A stretch of DNA of 64,000 nucleotides from Octopus sinensis (Eukaryota): the NCBI RefSeq assembly GCF_006345805.1, contig NC_042999.1:52328001-52392000 (forward strand). Reading direction: 5' to 3'. Below the pieces are notes generated by a model. That model worked only from the letters and a program-made list of their open reading frames with translations. It was not told where the DNA came from and did no database searches. The position numbers and the translations under genes were made by a program. Shown here piece by piece: positions 54,280 to 64,000 of the stretch (the first letter of the stretch is position 1; every line of letters begins with the position of its first letter).

Positions 54280-55090
54280 TATCTGACCATTCTCTTCTCC
54301 TAAGTAAGGCTACGTTCCATCAGAAACACTGAAGACTACAAAAGTCATCAGTGCCTAAGCGCATTAATGTTCTGCCTTTCCAAACTGTTGAAAAACGGGC
54401 TGAGCTCCCTATTGAGTTGGACACTGCATTCAACACTGTTGATATCAATGATGACATAGAATCATCTGGGAATGCTCTGCGTGATTGCAACGCACCCTGC
54501 ATCTTTAGAGGTTCTTGGACTTCCTGTTCGTAAACATCAAGATTGGTTCAACGATAACAACACAGTCATCCTACAGTTGATAGATAAAATGCACAGCTCT
54601 CACAAAACAGATACGAACTCATCTAGAAAAGAGAATGCCTAGGAAAACGCAGAAGCCAATTCCAACGTGCTTTGAGAAAGATGAAGGACGCTTGGTGGTC
54701 TTTCATGGCTACCGAACTACAAGAAGCCGCAGATTGAAAGTATTCTAAAGCCTTTTATGATGGATGGCCTTAAGAAGGTGTATGGTCCTCAAGAGTACGG
54801 TGTTACTCCTATTTTTTCTCCCCCTCAGTCACTAAAGATGACGTCATAATATCTGTTCCACAGAACACTGAAATACCGGAACTGTCTCTGGGGCCAACCT
54901 TCCTAGAAGTGGTAAATTCTATTAAACAGTTCTCTTCTAGTAAAGCATCTGGTAGGTATGCTATCCCTCCAGAAATCTACAAACATGGTGGACATAAGCT
55001 TTTTAAGAAACTTCATGACTTCGTCATAAACATCTCAAAGGTGAGTCTTGTACCACAAGACTTCAAGGATGCCTTAATTCAACATCTGAG
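54280..55090 (+). mobile_element. Degraded RTE-clade LINE fragment
   Basis: KHQDWFNDN and KASGRYAIPPEIYKHGG...VPQDFKDALI, the linker-to-RT region. Confidence 0.7.
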
Positions 55091-56279
55091 AGGAGAGCAT
55101 GCAACACATAGCTAACTCCAGCCACCAAAGTATCACGGTAAATCTAGATTAACCCACGATGCTGGATATAATTGGAAAGACAGGGTTCGGGTATACAGGA
55201 GGGCGAGAAAGAAGTTAGATAGCATTATGTGTAATGAAACCAGTTGTACTTGCCCTAGATATAGAACACACACGCACGTGAATTTACAGAATACATACAT
55301 ACAAACGAACACACACGTATGCATATATACATGCATACACACACATGCATACACACGCACATACATGCATACATACAAGCATGCATACATACATACATGC
55401 ATACACACGCACATACATACATACATACATACATACATACATACATACATACATACATACATAAACACAACAAACAAAGAGAAAGAACTCATCTCTGATA
55501 ACGGGCAATAACGACTATTGAAGAGGTTGTAAGACGCAACGAAAATTTTAGAAAAAATAATTAAGTAAACGAGTGGAAATCAAAAACGATGACTGTGTTA
55601 ATTAATAAGTCATTAAAAGAGACTGACACCTCATCAACTACATTAAAACAATTCTGATAATTAAAAAACTAAACGTTTATACGCTATCAACCGTATGACA
55701 TTAAATAGTTATAAACATTATAACAATTGACAGTGGAGTGAGAAAGCGGTACATATATAGAACAATGTACCACATAATGATGCTCCCCCTTCGCTACCCC
55801 CCCCCCCCGGGGGCTCCACCTTTTCCATTATTACTGCTACTGCTGCTGCTGCTGCCATGGAAAATATATTGTGAATGCAAGATTCTCTGTTAATCCCAAT
55901 AAACATATATATTGTAACCTATGATAAGATATTTCAATGCTATTTTAATATAATGCATCGTACTAACAATGAATTATGGGATATATAATATTTTGATGTT
56001 TACCTCTGTTCTATTAGTGTCAATTAATATCAACCGTGTGATGCGAAATAAGAATGCAAGCAAAATAGAGCCTGGTACATCTCCGTGCACTTTGCTAACT
56101 GTGCCACCCACCATGAGCTGTTATACTATATTATATTCATACGCAATAAAATATATAACCATTCATACGCAATAAAATATATCTCATGAAAATTACAATG
56201 GTAATTAATACAATAAAAAAATAAAGCAGTAATACAATAGTCATAGAAATTTACATAGAATATTATAAGATTATCTTAC

Positions 56280-56373
56280 CGTAAAATTTGGCATTTCTGA
56301 ATCCTCCTCTGTACATTGCAAATATTCACCTGGCTCGGGAAGAGAATTGACAAGTTTATTGCTATTTTTTAAC
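56280..56373 (-). CDS. AADC-family exon (catalytic flexible loop)
   Basis: 94 bp, ttttAG/GTaaga, phase-compatible with both neighbours. Reads (W)LKNSNKLVNSLPEPGEYLQCTEEDSEMPNFT; the loop Tyr (DDC DPTYL) is kept. Confidence 0.85.
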
Positions 56374-56889
56374 CTAAAAGACAAAACAGAATTTCGGTGA
56401 ATAAAATATACAACTTTTAAAATATTCTAACAGCATGCGTCTATTTCAGAATAACTTTGTGCTATCTGTGTAACCTATTTCTGACTGACCATTTACGGTT
56501 CTATACTGTTATCCTAATCTAGTAACTCTTTCCTTTTCTAAATTAATCAACATTACAACGATCATAACGTGGTATGTTAATAAATTAAATTGAGTGATTG
56601 ATTTTATTACAATTATAACACTTTTAATCATTTCTGTATCTGCAAATACAGTTAAAGCACAAGCATAATGCATGAATAGAAACTACGTTCTCTACACTCT
56701 TTTATAAATTATCTGTTTGATGTTTGCTCTTAAATGTTTGCAAATCTAAAAGTTGAGGGTGATGTTTGTTATTAACAGATATATTAAATACACATGGCTT
56801 GATAATACATTTTTGTGTTTAGGTTTATTAATTGATCAACGTAGAAAATAAATTACGTTTTTAAGAAGACTAAATGGAATTTTACTTAC

Positions 56890-56957
56890 CATAATACCGA
56901 ACAACCTGTAGGCACTTGTAACCATTTGTGGGGACTCACACAAATGGAATCTGCATA
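56890..56957 (-). CDS. AADC-family exon carrying the PLP Schiff-base lysine
   Basis: 68 bp, ttatAG/GTaagt. Reads YADSICVSPHKWLQVPTGCSVL(W); PHKW motif present. Confidence 0.94.
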
Positions 56958-57399
56958 CTATAAAATAGGAACCAAAAACTGAATATGAAGCGTGATATTT
57001 CTTCTAAATTTATTTGAAAATATCAAATTTAACATGATATAGCAAACCAAAGATTTGAACTCGGACGACGGTAGTACACTCAGAAATTATTCTCCACGTG
57101 ATATATATATATTGAGGTTTATTGTGGACTGGGGATGTTTAAATTTGAGGTGGGAGTAGGAATAATTTTTTTATTCCTTTGTAAACTATGCTGAAAGTGT
57201 CGTTAATCTGTATTGATCTTTTCTATCTCTTTTACTCAAAGTTTCGCTTTATGTCAGATAACCAGCTGCACCTCAGTAATAATAAGAATAGCAGATGCTC
57301 TAATGTATGAGACCCTTAAAATATCTATAATCATAATAAAGTATTGAAGTCTACAGCTCCGTGTGTTATTTTCAGTTTTATTAATTGCTTAGGACTTAC

Positions 57400-57494
57400 T
57401 TCCACACCGTTCATCAGATAACGGTATTCAGGACATATAAATGCATTTCCTGCATATGCAGCGTCTATATGCAACCAGAGGCCTTCATCTTTAC
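57400..57494 (-). CDS. AADC-family exon (HxDAAY motif)
   Basis: 95 bp, tacAG/GTaagt. Reads (C)[31 protein letters not shown] and contains the PLP pyridine-binding Asp. Confidence 0.96.
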
Positions 57495-57737
57495 CTGTAA
57501 AAAACAACACATAATTATAACACACTCGTATTTACTTTGAATTAATCTGATAAATATTAAGACTGCACTTTGTCATATCATCAACGTACGTACTTGAATA
57601 GAAAAATATTCAATTATAAAGAATATATTATCCATGTGTACTTGGAAGTGAAGTGCAGCAGAATCAAAGACTTGATTATAAAATCTAATTGAGCATTATT
57701 ACCCTTTCGTTTCAAGCAATAATAATAATAATAATAT

Positions 57738-57782
<45 letters not shown>

Positions 57783-58239
57783 TTGTGGAGGCCCGTAGCT
57801 TAGTGGTTAATGTTGCTCTCCTGGTTGGAAGTTTACTTGAATGCGTTGTGTTCTTGGGCAAATTACTTCATTTCACGTTACTGCAGTCCACTCACCTCGC
57901 CAAAATGTGTACTTTTGCGATAGACCAGCATCTCGTACAGGGACCGGAATACTTATACGCCATAGAATCCAAAACATCGACCTTATGAGTCGTTTACTCG
58001 CGATGGACCTTGGAACCTCCTTTTGATTTTTAGATATCTGAGATTAGATATATTTATACGCCCTCATTCCTGTATAAAATATGTTAGCTGTTGGTGGCTA
58101 ATAACAATAATGTCCTCAAAGAAATTAAAATATTACGAATGTAAATGAATACGACTACTGGAAAAAGTAGCTGGAAAGAGGAAGTTATGGCTACTAATTA
58201 ATATGAAAATTGATTAGGTACATAATTAAAGCAACTTAC

Positions 58240-58306
58240 ATACAGCACCAAGTTCGTTAATGTTATCAAATGCACAGAGAGAAGTTGTACCCAAAGTTGA
58301 ACAGAC
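58240..58306 (-). CDS. AADC-family exon (TLGTT motif)
   Basis: 67 bp, ttttcAG/GTaagt. Reads VCSTLGTTSLCAFDNINELGAV(C), matching DDC [22 protein letters not shown]. Not in the ORF track. Confidence 0.93.
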
Positions 58307-58756
58307 CTGAAAAGAATGAAATCTTAATTATATACATACTGAAAGACGAAATAAATGCGTGATATCTGATAACACACTTTCATCATTGTTGTTCATAAAG
58401 ATTCCACGATCCATACTTGAAATATTTCTCCCACATCATTTGAGATTTATGGAAATAATAATAGTTTTAAAACTTTTATGCTTATAAGATAAGCTACTCT
58501 GACTGCATTGATAAATCCGCAAACCTATGACAGAAAATTAAATCACGTTATACCTCTTGGTAGTCTAAGTTTTATCGTATTTTCTCTTGTTTCAATTTCT
58601 TTTTCTCCTCTTTCACCTTCCCCGTTTACCATTCTTAATCTCTTTTGCTATCGGCCCTGTCCTGTTTTCTTACAATATGTTGCCTGAGATACACCAGCAC
58701 ATTATATATACAATATGCATATTTATGTATGTATGTATGTATCTCTCTACCCCCCC

Positions 58757-58789
<33 letters not shown>

Positions 58790-58865
58790 AAGAGAGAGAA
58801 AGAGAGAAAGAGAGAGAGAAAGAGTGTGTGTTTTGGAAATTCTTTGATACAGTTATAATATTTGG

Positions 58866-59188
58866 AGGAAAGATTTTTTGTCAAAGAGTTAAGATCGAGA
58901 AAAGAACCTTTTTAGAAAGTCGAAAGACACTAGCCTTTGGGAAGAGATTTCGCAAAATGTGCGTGGGCTTTGCTTTTATAGATGTTCAAGCGCTTTTAGT
59001 TCTTAAAGTTTTCAAGGACGTATTATTATATATAATAGCACATGGTTGAAAACTTTAAGAACTGAAAGCGCTTACACGTCTATAAAAGCAAAGCCCACAC
59101 ACATGTGAAATCTCTTCCCAAAGGCTAGTGTCTTTCGACTTTCTAAAAACGTGCTTTTCTGAATATTAACTCTGAGAAAAAATCTTCC
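58866..59188. repeat. Intronic fold-back inverted repeat (~145-bp arms, 30-nt loop)
   Basis: TTTTTAGAAAGTCGAAAGACACTAGCCTTTGGGAAGAGATTTC pairs perfectly with GAAATCTCTTCCCAAAGGCTAGTGTCTTTCGACTTTCTAAAAA. Confidence 0.93.
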
Positions 59189-59402
59189 CTTCATATATAT
59201 ATATGGTATTTCTATATAAGCTTAAATCTTATGGTGATCACCGTGCAATGACTAAGGAAAATAGTCTAATAAAGGGACATATAGGACCTCGACAGAAAGG
59301 AAAGCCTTCTTTAAGCTTATATAGAAATGCTATTATCATTATTTACAGGATACGGCACGTTATAATAAAACCATTCGCACCGAAATATATATATCTATAT
59401 CT

Positions 59403-59484
59403 GGTAGCGTGGCCGAGCGGTCTAAGGCGATGGTTTAAGGCACCAGTGTCTTCGGAGTCGTGGTTTCGCATCGCACCTCTACCA
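59403..59484 (+). tRNA. tRNA-Leu(AAG) pseudogene
   Basis: 82 nt, GGTAGCGTGGCCGAGCGGTCTAAGGCG..., anticodon AAG at 59437-59439, long variable arm, T5 terminator at 59492. The B-box and T-stem are damaged (GTTTCGCATCG), with one mismatch each in the acceptor and anticodon stems. Confidence 0.85.
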
Positions 59485-59499
59485 TGGGATATTTTTATA

Positions 59500-59670
59500 G
59501 GCGCTGGAGTGGCTGTGTGGTAAGAAGCTTGCTTCCCAACCACATGGATCCGGGTTCAGTCCCATTGCATGGCACCTCGGGCAAGTGTCTTCTACTGTAA
59601 TTCGGGCCAACCAAAGCATTGAGAGTGGATTTGGTAGACGGAAACTGAAAGAAGTTCGTCGCGTATATAC

Positions 59671-59726
<56 letters not shown>

Positions 59727-59966
59727 TTCTGTATTTCTGTGTGTGCTTGTGTGTGCGTGTGTTTGTGTGCATGTGTGTGTGTATGTGTCTGTGTATCTGT
59801 GTTTGTCCTCCTACCATCGCTTGACAACCGATGTTGATGTGTTTACTCCCGTAACTTAGCGGTTCGGCAAAGTGACCGACAGAATATATACTAGGCTTAC
59901 AAAAAGTACGTCCTAGGGTCGATTTGTTCGACTAAAGGCGGTGCCTCAGCATGGGCGCAGTCAAAC

Positions 59967-59969
<3 letters not shown>
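59500..59969 (+). mobile_element. Full-length tRNA-derived SINE (family 1) with an internal microsatellite
   Basis: A-box TGGCTGTGTGG and B-box GGTTCAGTCC. Other copies at 13622-13854 (-), 6464-6730 (+) and 53140-53195. Confidence 0.85.
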
Positions 59970-60030
<61 letters not shown>

Positions 60031-60081
60031 TATGTATATATATGTATTAAATGAAATAAAAAACAGAACACAAAGGATGTC

Positions 60082-60173
60082 GCGGTACACATGCTTCGAG
60101 CTTTATAAAATAACTTATTCCTACATCAATGTATAATCGACATAACAGATAGTTTAAAGCCCTCTTCAGCCGC
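60082..60173 (-). ncRNA. Type I hammerhead-like motif with long loop II and a GAAG variant
   Basis: GCGG CTGAAGA GGGCTTTA...TAAAGCTC GAAG CATGT GTA CCGC: 4-bp stem I, 8-bp stem II, GUA site. Confidence 0.65.
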
Positions 60174-60357
60174 ATGTAATTGATACACCAAAGACTTGTA
60201 TCACATTATGAAAGGTTTGAGGAAGAACATTTGGTATTATTTATAATGGTAGGTAAACTGAGTACCACTGAGAAAGTATGTTTGTAAATTTTCATAATCA
60301 AATAGGTGTACAGGGTATTATTGGACTCCAAAAATCCGTCCATACCGTTTTCTCACT

Positions 60358-60396
<39 letters not shown>

Positions 60397-61101
60397 CGTG
60401 ATCACCATGACCGACCAGGCTATCAGATGCTGCTACACATCGGTGGTCACAATGCGCTTTGCATTGTATTAGCCTTCGAATGACGCCATCCCGCTGGCTA
60501 AGCGAGCAGGCCATAAAAATTATTAAGGTGGTCATTCGCTATTTACAGGCAAAAGACAAGTATAGTCGTCACTAGAATGACAGAGGGTGCTAATAAGCAC
60601 AATAATTGCTAGAAATAAGAGTCAAAACAACTCTTAGCCACATGAGAGTACATTTCTGACGGTTGACAAGGGAGACAAACTCTCTACGGCAAGCGAATGG
60701 AGTCATATCAACGACCATTTCAGATTTGATGAATTCTCATCAGTGACCCATTACTTCGTCACGTTGTCAGTCTTATAGAGAATCCCATAGGAAACACTGA
60801 CTGATTCCGTATATTTATATTTATATTTATATTTATATTTATATTTATATTTATATATATTTATATTTATATATGTCTTTCAACATGTGATCTCTTAAGC
60901 ACCACCAGCTCAAATATTGTCTCCTCTGTCTTCCCTCCTTGGGATCTTTCCTTCTCCTTGTTTCCGACGAAGAGCTCCGCTCGAAACGTTAAACCCTTCT
61001 TCCTTCTTTCCTGAGCGTCAATAATACTTTAATTGTTCCACGTCCTGCGTTGCTGTGTTTTTTTCTCTTTTTTTCCTTTTTTCTTGTTTGGATTAATCTT
61101 A

Positions 61102-61173
<72 letters not shown>

Positions 61174-61969
61174 GTGTTATGGGCATTTATAGGATATAAC
61201 CCTATATAAATTCAACTAACAGTTAAAAAATTGAGAAGAGATGTTAAAAGTTTTTATAAAGTTTTACTCCATGCATACAATCGTTTCAAATGATAATACC
61301 AACATGTAAGAAATATGGAAAATTAAATTGATGATAATAACCACATCGCTGCACCATCTAGCTGAGGGAAGATTTGCCTGGGGTTAAACTAGTAGTAACA
61401 TGAAACGATCTCTTTGATGTGGCGATTAACAAGTAGAAGGACCCGGTTTCACTCCAGTTATAATCTCAAAGCCGTAACATAGTACTGTTTGCTTGTAGTG
61501 TAAGATTAGTGCATTTCTGAGAAAGTAATACTTACCTTTAGTACTCAATGGTTTTACACTGCTGTACATTACATTCAAATATATTATTCGTGGCTCTAGA
61601 GGTTGGGGTAGTGCAGGGAGTTTAACCTTTCCACCTCTGCACTACAGCCCAGGTGTCTCTCCAGGCCACTTCCTTGCTTTACAGTGTATGCATTCAACAT
61701 TAATAAGCGAGTGCTGTGGAATACAGTTGATATTACATGCGTTCTCGCAGGCACACACACACACACACACACACGCATGCAAATACATATGTTTGTGTAT
61801 GTTCATTTGTGTTGCTAGCTGATCTCTCACGCTTAGATATACCAAAATCTACCTATATCAAGTATCTTCTATAGTTTCATTCGTTATGTATTTGTCATTG
61901 TGCTGATAATGTTCTGATAACATGGAAGTGTAAACCTTTTGTTTGGATTTATAAATATATATATATATA

Positions 61970-63009
61970 TATATATCAGCAATAACGAGAAGAAGAATAA
62001 AGATTATTACGAAGTTACATGGCATTACCTTTAATTTTATATATATATTTGCCATTGTATGATAATGTCCTGATGAACATGGTATTGTAAACCTTTTGTT
62101 TGGATTTATAAAGGAGACGTCTGTGCACTCCTCAAACAGTCAGTACTCATTGCTTCGTACAATACCGGCTATGTTGTGGTTGATGTAGCTCAGCTGCTGC
62201 CATTGCTCTCCAGATGAAGAATCGGTTTGAAATTTGGGTATTTGGAGAAGATGGTTAAGAAATATTTATCTACTGCCGTCACTTTGACACATTGTTGCTT
62301 TCAGTTTTTTAATATTTCGAATAACAATAGGATGTGGAATGTTATAAAACTGAGCTGGGCGACGAATACGGCGTGTGAATAAATTATGATAATTCTGGTA
62401 TAAGAAATATATCTTATGTTTTTTGTCCTGTCGCTGTTAAAGGCTATCATTTTATACATAGACGCTCAATGCTCTGATTCACTACAACGTTACTCGATAT
62501 CTCCCGTTATATGCGATCTTTCATACACCTGTGGGATTTCATGTAGCTAGTAGGTACATAATACATTCCAGTACTCACATAAAAGGGTACACGACCTTTA
62601 GCTCTGTCTTCTTCAATAGCTTTCTTCAAATTGTCTCCTCTCATGGAACGTTTATCATCCATCTTTATATTTCGACACTTTACTAGAACTATCTTGCAAG
62701 CCTTAGCAAATGACGCGTGTGTCTGCAAATTAAAAGGAAGTATTGAATATAGCATCGATGTATATATGCACATACTAAATGCATGTAACATAACCTAGAG
62801 CATATATATATATATTATATATATATCAGCAATAATAATAAGAAGAATAAAGATTATTACGAAGTTACATGGCATTTCTTATAATTCTTTATATTGTAAA
62901 TATTTTGTTTGGATTTATAAAAGAGATGTCTGTGCACTCCTCAAACAGTCAGTACTCATTGCTTTGTACAATACAGGCTATGTTGTGGTTGCCGTAGCTC
63001 AGCTGCTAC
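61970..63009. repeat. ~200-bp direct repeats flanking exon 62579-62722
   Basis: 61970-62200 matches 62820-63009 (AAGAAGAATAAAGATTATTACGAAGTTACATGGCATT...TCTGTGCACTCCTCAAACAGTCAGTACTCATTGCTT). Confidence 0.88.
62579..62722 (-). CDS. AADC-family (group II PLP decarboxylase) gene, first coding exon in window; upstream exons lie beyond 64000
   Basis: 144 bp with ttgcAG acceptor and GTgagt donor. Translates THASFAKACKIVLVKCRNIKMDDKRSMRGDNLKKAIEEDRAKGRVPFY, which aligns with DDC AHSSVERAG...LERDKAAGLIPFF; the PLP-stacking His is kept. Confidence 0.93.
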
Positions 63010-63047
63010 TTTTTGAGATCTGGTTATAAGTTATATATTTAATATAT

Positions 63048-63112
<65 letters not shown>

Positions 63113-63242
63113 TATTTGTTATTTATGTATTGGTTTATGTCTATTACTGTTTGAGTTGCATAATAGTGGTTTTATCTCTAATTTATATTTTATATATTTA
63201 TACTGGGAAATTTGATTTAATACTAATTGAATTTTTCCCTGT

Positions 63243-63276
63243 AAGTTTGGAGTTATACTCCCTAATATTACTATTA

Positions 63277-63334
<58 letters not shown>

Positions 63335-63369
63335 TAATAATAATATTAGGGAGTATAACTCCAAACTTT
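63243..63369. repeat. Short inverted repeat enclosing (ATT)n
   Basis: AAGTTTGGAGTTATACTCCCTAATATTA ... TAATATTAGGGAGTATAACTCCAAACTT. Confidence 0.88.
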
Positions 63370-64000
63370 CTCTCTTCTCTCTTACGCTCTTTCTCTCCTC
63401 CTCTCTCTCCTCACATACCCACCTTCCCCTCCCCACATAAGCCCGCCCCCCTTACACATTCCTACTCCACCTTCCCTATCCTTCCCATCCCCCATCCTAT
63501 CCAACACACCCTCCCCCACATACCCTACCTCCACCCCCACCCTCAGCCTACACACAAACCCCAACTCTACCCAAACCCTCAGCCGAACCCACACCTCACC
63601 CGTGCTTTCCCCACTCTCGCTTCCCCCACCTCCCAATAACATCACACTACACCACACTATACCATACAACATTGCACATCACATCACAACATACCACCCT
63701 CACACCCATCCCCACATTTTCACACCTACACATACATACACGCACACGTCCAGACCACCAGCCCTCTTTCACACGCACATACATACTCTCGTATACACAC
63801 GCACCTTCGTGTTGGGGTGGTCATCTTTACTTTGTTATCTCCCCTACTTTTCTTCTCGTGTGTGACCCTTCTGTCCGAGTCAGACGCCATGATAGATCGT
63901 TAGCCACTACACACATTTTTTGCTCTCCTTGTTTTTTCTGTGTCCCTTTCTGTAGAAGAGCGTAGGCTCGAAACGTAAAAGACTTTTTTCTATTCCTGAG

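Noticed and set aside
60700-60750. CTGATGA…GAAA motifs here and at 62078, 48140-48190 and 38640-38672
   Set aside because: Stems or core are too degenerate to call by eye; at most decayed relics.
63380-63760. Pro/His-rich and Gly/Val-rich ORFs in the C-rich tract
   Set aside because: Low-complexity intronic sequence with no match to the expected upstream decarboxylase exon.

Overview
AT-rich, microsatellite-dense animal genomic DNA. The SINE families look like those of Octopus; this is inferred from recall, not from a search. Nearly all ORFs in the track are simple-repeat artefacts. One host gene is supportable: the 3' eight coding exons (minus strand, 62722 to 33819, 304 aa plus stop, all introns GT-AG and in phase) of a PLP-dependent aromatic-L-amino-acid decarboxylase (DDC/TDC/HDC family) paralogue. 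It has several divergent active-site motifs and ends in a CaaX-like CIII. The rest is transposon-derived: a near full-length CR1-type LINE whose ORF1 region encodes a Myb/SANT-like domain and a CCCH zinc finger, remnants of RTE, RLE-type and Penelope-like elements, mariner and Chapaev-like DNA transposons, many tRNA-derived SINEs and a tRNA-Leu pseudogene. The most striking unexplained structure is a ~3.45 kb array of ~540-bp units (27712-31165; five direct copies, then an inverted block). Each unit carries a type I hammerhead ribozyme, which makes the array retrozyme/Penelope-like. Several other hammerhead motifs and long fold-back repeats are scattered through the window. Repeat boundaries were read by eye and are approximate.
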